In this document: piece after piece, positions 50,757 through 56,487 of the stretch
Layout of the letters: every line of letters begins with the position of its first letter
Position numbering within the stretch: position 1 is the stretch's first letter
Origin: Candidatus Eiseniibacteriota bacterium
Lineage (GTDB): Bacteria; Eisenbacteria; RBG-16-71-46
Direction of reading: 5' to 3'
NCBI GenBank assembly: GCA_031366795.1
Contig: JANLOX010000065.1
Coordinates: 1 to 56,487, forward strand
DNA length: 56,487 bases
Program-made: the position numbers and the translations under genes
Notes under the pieces: generated by a model
The model's database searches: none
What the model saw: only the letters and a program-made list of their open reading frames with translations
What the model was told of the DNA's origin: nothing

Positions 50757-50776
50757 GAGCACAGTTTGAGCACAGT
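50757..50776. repeat. Direct repeat GAGCACAGT x2 with 11-bp period; candidate integrase arm-type sites
   Basis: GAGCACAGT-TT-GAGCACAGT about 120 bp from the tRNA fragment. Confidence 0.6.
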
Positions 50777-50965
50777 CGACCCATGTCGGATCGGGCTGTA
50801 ACTGGGACGCGCTGATCGCGGGTCGAAGCCAGGGGCTGGCCAGTAAGGCCCGGCCGGCCAAACAACAGTTGGTAGTGAGTGGAAAATCTTGACGAGCGGG
50901 CGGGCCGCGGCGGTGCAGGGCAACAAGGTTCGCGCAAAGCTGCGCCTCGCCGTGCGAAACTCGCT

Positions 50966-51545
50966 GTATCCGTCGCCTCACGCCCGTATGGGCGGCCGCC
51001 AATTAGCCGGTCGTGACGATCTGCTCGATCAGTGCCCGACGGCGCCCCGCGACTTCGGCCTCGAAGTGTTGCTTCCAGCCGTGCGGGGTCAGCTGTTTCA
51101 CGTCTGTGCAGGTCGAGATGCGTAGCAGCACGTCGCGGAAGCAGTCGCCGGGGTGGATGCCCGCGGCCTTCGCCGTCATGAGCAGGCTCATCAGGATCGC
51201 CGCCGTCTTTCCGCCGCCCTCACGCTGGAAGGACAGCCATTGCGGCGCGCGAGGTCTCTTCGCCGAACGCCTTGAGCTCGCAGCGCAGGCGCAGACCCGG
51301 TCCTCGTCCTCCGACTCACACACCGTGCGCACGAGGGGCAGGTGCGCGGGGAACTCGCCGCGACACTTGCGCACCGTCCGCGTGTGCGCCGGTACTTCGA
51401 CTGAGGCGACGACGCGGTGCGCCTCCGCCAGCCGCTCGGCTTCCGCCGCGATGTCGGCGAGGAACAGGTGCCCCTGCAGCCCGGGCTCCATCGGCGTCAC
51501 CGGCCGCCTCTCACTGGAATGCCTGAACACCATCTTCGCCCGCAC
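50966..51545 (-). mobile_element. Internally deleted IS66-family remnant (tnpC)
   Basis: FRHSSER and FPAHLP..C.C N-terminal motifs fused to the C-terminal GGKTAAILMSLLMTAK..QLTP..W; IS66-like end GACGGATAC. Confidence 0.8.
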
Positions 51546-51914
51546 ATCGAAGCCGTAGGGTTCCTTCGCCACCTGCTTCGCCGTCTGGGCGGGAACATCA
51601 TCCTGGTCTGGGATCGGCTGGGCGTGCACCGTTCGCACCTGGTGCAACAGCTCTGCCGCCGCGTGCCGCGGCTCCGGCTCGAGTTCCTGCCGGTGTACGC
51701 CCCCGAGCTGAACCCGGACGAGGGTGTCTGGCGGCAGACGAAACACCGACTCGCGAACCATTGCCCGGCGGACCTCTACAAGCTCGCACTCGCCGTGATC
51801 GCGGAGCTCAAGGCGTTGCGTCGTTCGCCATCCCGCCTCTGGGCTTGCATCGATCACACGGGGCTGGCGCTTTGATGTGCTTCATGTGTTGCATTACTTA
51901 TGCAGCGCTCAATA
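51546..51914 (+). mobile_element. IS630-family transposase 3' remnant with right end
   Basis: ILVWD..H and FLPVYAPELNPDEGVW; stop at 51875; candidate end CATTACTTATGCAGCGCTCAATA finishing in TA. Confidence 0.85.
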
Positions 51915-52296
51915 ACGCAATTCGCTAAATTCTGCGAGTGCTCGTATGTGTCACGATGACAACGCGTTCGGCATCACAGCTTGCACATTCGCAAAAAACG
52001 GCGAGTTGAGAATGACGGGGACCAGATATATCTAGAGCGGTTCGCTGCGTAGGAAGGCTGATGAAATAACCCTCCGCAAATCGTGACACGACTTGACGCA
52101 CCGCGCGGTGGCGGTCACGATGGACGGGGTTGCGACCGTACTTGAGTTCGCGTAGTGAGAAGCCAACGATAGGTCTACACAGCGAGCATCTGTCTTGGTT
52201 GGGTTCCTCACAAACTTCACGACAGGCGCCGATCGGCGGTCCCTCACGAGGTGCATTATTTCAATCTCTTGCATTCCCGATCGAGTTAGGTCGGCA

Positions 52297-53181
52297 TTGC
52301 GCCGCAAGTCCGCGCGCGTCTTCTTCCTAGAATGGCTGGTCGCTGGATCGCTCTTGTGTGCCGGAGGTTGTTCCAAAAACGTCCTCCCAATCGTACCGAC
52401 GACTCCCGCCGGGAATGACGTGCTGCCACGAATCTCCGACACCGTGAGCCTGCTCGCCTACCAGCACATCGCGTCTAGTTCCGGCGATCCCCGTCCCACT
52501 GGGATCTACGTCTCGACCATTGATTCGCTGACGACGAGGCTGGTCGTGACCGGCTACTTCCAAGGATTCGACTGGTTGCCCGGTACAGACACACTGATTG
52601 TCGCTGCCTCGGGCAGAATCATTGCAGTCGCCGCTTCGGACGGTTCTTTCTCCAGCCTTGTGACTCACGAGGCGTTCAATCCGAGCGTATCCCCTGACGG
52701 GCGCTACGTGGCGTTCGACGCAGCGGCGGGGAGCAGGAGTCATCTCTTTTTCCTCGATCGCTACTCAGGCCTGATCTCTGACCCAACGCCGGATTCGATG
52801 CTCTACGAGTTCCCGAGTTGGTCGCCGGTTGGTTCGGAACTCGTCGTTGTTGGAGCTACGCCCACGAAGTCTGGACTCTTCACGATTGCTGCTGACGGGC
52901 GACCCTTGCGGCAACTCACGCAAACGGGAGGGGTCGACCGAAGCCCGGCCTGGTCGCCGACGGGCGAGGCAATTGCGTGGGAGATCGTCTCGGGCTCCAC
53001 AACGACCCTGTGGAGTACGGACACCGTCGGCGCAACGCACTCGGCCCTTATTCGCAGTTACCAAGGTATTTGCTGGTCCGCCGATGGCAAGTCACTGGCG
53101 TATTCCTCGTCGACAGCAGTCGGAGCCCGCATCTTTCTCCTGAATCTCACGACGCATCAGAGTCGCCAACTCACTCACTAG
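52297..53181 (+). CDS. TolB-like (PD40) beta-propeller lipoprotein
   Basis: Lipobox AGGC; PSVSPDG, PSWSP, PAWSPTG and WSADG repeats; start uncertain. Confidence 0.82.
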   Translation: MRRKSARVFFLEWLVAGSLLCAGGCSKNVLPIVPTTPAGNDVLPRISDTVSLLAYQHIASSSGDPRPTGIYVSTIDSLTTRLVVTGYFQGFDWLPGTDTLIVAASGRIIAVAASDGSFSSLVTHEAFNPSVSPDGRYVAFDAAAGSRSHLFFLDRYSGLISDPTPDSMLYEFPSWSPVGSELVVVGATPTKSGLFTIAADGRPLRQLTQTGGVDRSPAWSPTGEAIAWEIVSGSTTTLWSTDTVGATHSALIRSYQGICWSADGKSLAYSSSTAVGARIFLLNLTTHQSRQLTH

Positions 53182-53196
53182 GTCAGGGAGGTCGCC

Positions 53197-56037
53197 GTGC
53201 CGCGAAGGAAAGCGTGGGTCTTTGAAGCTGTCGTCGTCGCTGCCATGTTGTGCGCCTTTGTCTGGTCACAACCGGTTTGGGCCGGGCCGAATGCCGGTGC
53301 GCGAGCATGGCTCAGCTGGGATCGCCCTGGTCTCGAAGTCCGTCAAACCGTACCCATGCATCAACCTCAAAGGCTCTATGTGCAGTTCGAAGGCTTGCAT
53401 AACGTGCGCGAACTCGCGCTCGGGCTGAGGTGGACAAGCCTTGACTCCACATCGTGCGTCCGCGTTGTATCGTCAACGCCCGATCCCGAGTATGGCTGGG
53501 CGGTGCAGGATAGCTCTGACCAAATCTTTGATGATGATTCCACTTATCGTTGGAGCATTCACTTCCCGGCACTCAGCGAGGATCGCAATCGCATCGTTTA
53601 TTCCGTGACGGATGGTGACTGCGCTGCTGACACCCGTGCCATGTTTAGGATCGTAAGGGCAATGGTTTCCGCGGATAACGGTGAGGTGGACACGCTGACA
53701 ACCGTCGGGATAGCCGACTTGACCACCACCACGCAGACATCAGCACTTCGCGGGATGCCGCACGCCCAACAGGACGCCTCGACTGCCGGTTACGTTCTAG
53801 CGCACATCGTGCCAGGTACGCTGGGGTACGATGGTGATCACATCGTCCTAAGTGACTTTCTCTCGCCCGCTTCCCAGTCGCAACTGTCAGGGCTTGGTTT
53901 TCAGTCAGGCATGCGCGTTTTTGGCATCGACGCTCGAGTGGACACGTTGGTTACCACCGAGGGCGGCGTCTCGGTCTACTTGCCTGATCTGACCCAGTGG
54001 TATGTCCTACTGCTCAATCAAGGACTGAATCAGACGTGGCTGGCCGGACAAACAATGTCCGTCCCGGGCATTGATACCGCCAGCGCTGTGACGACTGTTG
54101 GACTGGAACGCATTCCGAATGATCCAGACTGGTTTAACAACTGGTTCCTCACTGGAGCGGGGTCGGGCGACATAGGTGCCCTGACGGCGTGGAATGATGT
54201 GACTGGGTCCGACAGCGTTGTTGTTGGGATCGTCGACACCGGTGTAAAGCATACGTTAGCGGATCTGGATCCAAATCCCACCGCATACTCACGTGTGCTG
54301 CACGGGACGGACCTCGCGGATCACGACAGCGATCCAACGGATGTTGACAGTCACGGGACTGGCGTCGCGAGCATTGCGGCCGCTATTGGCAACAACAGCC
54401 TAAATATCGCGGGCGTGCTCTGGCGAGCTAAGCTCTTGCCAGTGAAAGTTATAGGCGACGGCAAAGCTCATCCCTGGGACTTTACACTCGGCGCTGGCAT
54501 CCGGTGGGCAGGGCAAAACGGTGCCAACATTATCAATGTGAGCATCGGAGGACCGCAGGGAGGAGGCACCATCGAATATATCTACAGACAGCTCGTTAAT
54601 CCCGGGAGAGGCAATCCGGAGGTGACGGGGTCCTGGATCGCGTACGCGCGCGGCGCAAGTCTGTTTGCTGCGGCCGGGAATGACGGGGCTGGGCAAGTCG
54701 ATGATCCTGCATATTTGCCTTGGATCATGGCGGTAGGCGCCTCTGACGGAACAGGCAACCGGCAAGCGGGTGTCGGTGGTTGGAGCAGCAACTACGGCAG
54801 CGATCTAGATCTTCTCGCTCCAGGAGTATCAGGGACAGCACTTGCGTTGGCTGGCGGCTATCAATCATTTGCAGGGACGTCCATGGCTTCGCCGGTGGCT
54901 GCTGGCGTCGGGGGGTTGGTCCTCGCGTATGCCCGTCAGCATGCGATGCCGATTAGCAATGAAGACATTTATCAGGTCTTGGAGCATTCGGCTGTTGATC
55001 TGCCACCCGCCGGGCGTGACAATTTCTCCGGATTCGGACGAGTAAATGCGGCCAATGCGATTGCCTTGCTTAAGACGCCTAACACTATGCTACGTGGATC
55101 TCGAACTGGGGGCACAGTGACGACTGTCGGCGGCCTCCAATGGATTAATATACTGGGAAAGCTGAATGCGAACCTGCCCGCCGGTCAGTATCGGGTTCAG
55201 CAGTATCAGGTTGTTCAGCACATAACGCCCTGTGGGCCATTCGCCTCGACGCCTTATGCGTGGGCGAGAGAGCTCGCCTCGCGCGGATTCGCCGTTGCGA
55301 ATCCGCTATCGGGACTGCCCTGGGCGGAGGTGATCAACATAACGCCGACGGGGTTTGATGTGCGAACGAATGTGTATCACTTCGTCGCGAGTATTGCCGG
55401 CGGAGTAGATGAATGGGTGCCGAGCAGGCCGGAAAACGCAAGCGTAGCTTACACCGCCATCGGCGATATTCCCCTCTACAGTGCCGCAGTCACCAGCAAT
55501 CCGGCGATTGCCCATATTGGGTTCTCGAATACGTGGATCGCGAACGTGTGTGGCAGTGAAGCGATGACGTACGCGTGGCGGAGTCGACCGACGGGCGGGC
55601 AGTGGTCAAGCGTGTTAGGCACCGGCGCCTCATACACGGAGGTTGTTCCGGCCGGATCGCGCGAACTTCAGCTTACCGTCGCCAGCGGTCCCGATACGGT
55701 ACAGACAGTCGTCAATGCGACGGGGCAGTACTATGTGGTCGGAGTGGAGAAAGACCAAGTGCGCCAGGTCCAGCTTGAAGTGATCGCAAACCCCTCCCAT
55801 GGAAGCGGACGGGGCCAGATGAGCATCAAGAGCGACGGATGGGTGGGGCTGGACGTATTCGATGTGGGAGGACGACGAGTCCGCTCCCTCCAGGCTGGCC
55901 CGATGAAAGCTGGTCGTTACTCGTGGGCGTGGGACGGTACAAGCGAAGGCGGAGAGCGGTCAGGTACAGGTGTGTTTTTTGTTCGACTGCAGAATGCTGG
56001 AGTGACGAAGGTGCTTCGATTGGTAGTGCTGGACTAG
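53197..56037 (+). CDS. Secreted S8 (subtilisin) serine peptidase with T9SS-type/FlgD-Ig C-terminus
   Basis: IVDTG, HGTGVAS, AAGND and GTSMASP; GGGAGG RBS; NP..FDVGGRRV..WDG..GVFFVRL tail. Confidence 0.93.
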   Translation: MPRRKAWVFEAVVVAAMLCAFVWSQPVWAGPNAGARAWLSWDRPGLEVRQTVPMHQPQRLYVQFEGLHNVRELALGLRWTSLDSTSCVRVVSSTPDPEYGWAVQDSSDQIFDDDSTYRWSIHFPALSEDRNRIVYSVTDGDCAADTRAMFRIVRAMVSADNGEVDTLTTVGIADLTTTTQTSALRGMPHAQQDASTAGYVLAHIVPGTLGYDGDHIVLSDFLSPASQSQLSGLGFQSGMRVFGIDARVDTLVTTEGGVSVYLPDLTQWYVLLLNQGLNQTWLAGQTMSVPGIDTASAVTTVGLERIPNDPDWFNNWFLTGAGSGDIGALTAWNDVTGSDSVVVGIVDTGVKHTLADLDPNPTAYSRVLHGTDLADHDSDPTDVDSHGTGVASIAAAIGNNSLNIAGVLWRAKLLPVKVIGDGKAHPWDFTLGAGIRWAGQNGANIINVSIGGPQGGGTIEYIYRQLVNPGRGNPEVTGSWIAYARGASLFAAAGNDGAGQVDDPAYLPWIMAVGASDGTGNRQAGVGGWSSNYGSDLDLLAPGVSGTALALAGGYQSFAGTSMASPVAAGVGGLVLAYARQHAMPISNEDIYQVLEHSAVDLPPAGRDNFSGFGRVNAANAIALLKTPNTMLRGSRTGGTVTTVGGLQWINILGKLNANLPAGQYRVQQYQVVQHITPCGPFASTPYAWARELASRGFAVANPLSGLPWAEVINITPTGFDVRTNVYHFVASIAGGVDEWVPSRPENASVAYTAIGDIPLYSAAVTSNPAIAHIGFSNTWIANVCGSEAMTYAWRSRPTGGQWSSVLGTGASYTEVVPAGSRELQLTVASGPDTVQTVVNATGQYYVVGVEKDQVRQVQLEVIANPSHGSGRGQMSIKSDGWVGLDVFDVGGRRVRSLQAGPMKAGRYSWAWDGTSEGGERSGTGVFFVRLQNAGVTKVLRLVVLD

Positions 56038-56055
56038 AAGTGATGGTTCTCCTTG

Positions 56056-56487
56056 CCCGGATTATTCGCGAAGCGTGACAAACACGAAGGCCTCCGCGTG
56101 GTAGAAATGGTTTGTTCAGGACCATTGCTCCAAGGACGGAGGCCTTCGACGCGCGCGACTCTACCACGACACCGTATCTGTTGTTCCCGGATCTTGTCGA
56201 CCAGCCGCTGACGACTCGATTCGACGTCCCGAACGCGAGTTCTGACGGCGGTGCGGTGTTGCTCAATGCCGCCGATCGTCGGCTGGGGCTGATCCCCGCC
56301 TCGCCGGCGCGGTGGTCGACGAGCGCCAGCCCGGCAGGGATACGGCATGGCGTGGCCGACCTTCTCGGCCAGCGCATTTACGGACTGGCCCTCGGCAACG
56401 ATGATGCCAACGACGCGGCCCGGCTCGCCGACGATCCCGTGCACAAGTTGTTGTTCGGCCGTGAGCCGATCACAGGCGAGGCGTTAG
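56056..56487 (+). mobile_element. Degenerate IS1380-family element, left end and 5' part of transposase (runs off the window)
   Basis: LFPDL..FD..SSDGGAVLL..ADRRLGL and QRIYGLALG.DD.ND..L..DPVHKL; candidate end CCCGGATTATTC. Confidence 0.82.

Noticed and set aside
51003-51857. 284-aa ORF as a single gene
   Set aside because: Chimera of IS630 antisense sequence and IS66 fragments
51948-52089. 10-bp inverted repeat GTGTCACGAT / ATCGTGACAC as a MITE or invertible switch
   Set aside because: Short, no target duplication, no second copy or recombinase seen

Overview
High-GC bacterial chromosome segment. Four large secreted proteins end in T9SS type-A / FlgD-Ig-like C-terminal domains, which suggests an FCB-group organism such as Ca. 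Eisenbacteria (inference). Left part (1-25.5 kb): FKBP PPIase, a Cys-rich lipoprotein, a coupled minus-strand chain (dut, GT2, WbaP-like sugar transferase, M20 peptidase, ankyrin protein, proline dehydrogenase, EamA), a redoxin lacking its active-site Cys, speA, a ~1740-aa secreted protein, a Cbp1-like coiled-coil protein, an ECF42 sigma/DGPF pair with its own promoter, a secreted ComEC-type metallo-beta-lactamase-fold protein, an MFS transporter and a SnoaL-like protein. Middle: a nirK (cytochrome c fusion)-porin-NirV/FGE-SCO operon behind a Crp/Fnr-like box, a truncated beta-propeller gene, and a stress/signalling block (non-heme haloperoxidase, divergent sigma54 promoters, DUF4142, stand-alone CheB, CheB-CheR hybrid kinase, RsbRD_N kinase). 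Right part: an SBBP/LamG secreted protein, a receiver-domain remnant followed by a divergent HicB/HicA-like pair (best candidate for an undescribed module), a cytochrome c, and a ChrB-MFS-CDF-thioredoxin-like metal cluster. A displaced 3' half of tRNA-Leu(CAA) with arm-type repeats marks the edge of an integrated island carrying IS66/IS630/IS1380 remnants, a TolB-like lipoprotein and an S8 protease. No CRISPR array, rRNA or intact tRNA was seen. All calls come from motif recognition by eye; no searches were run.
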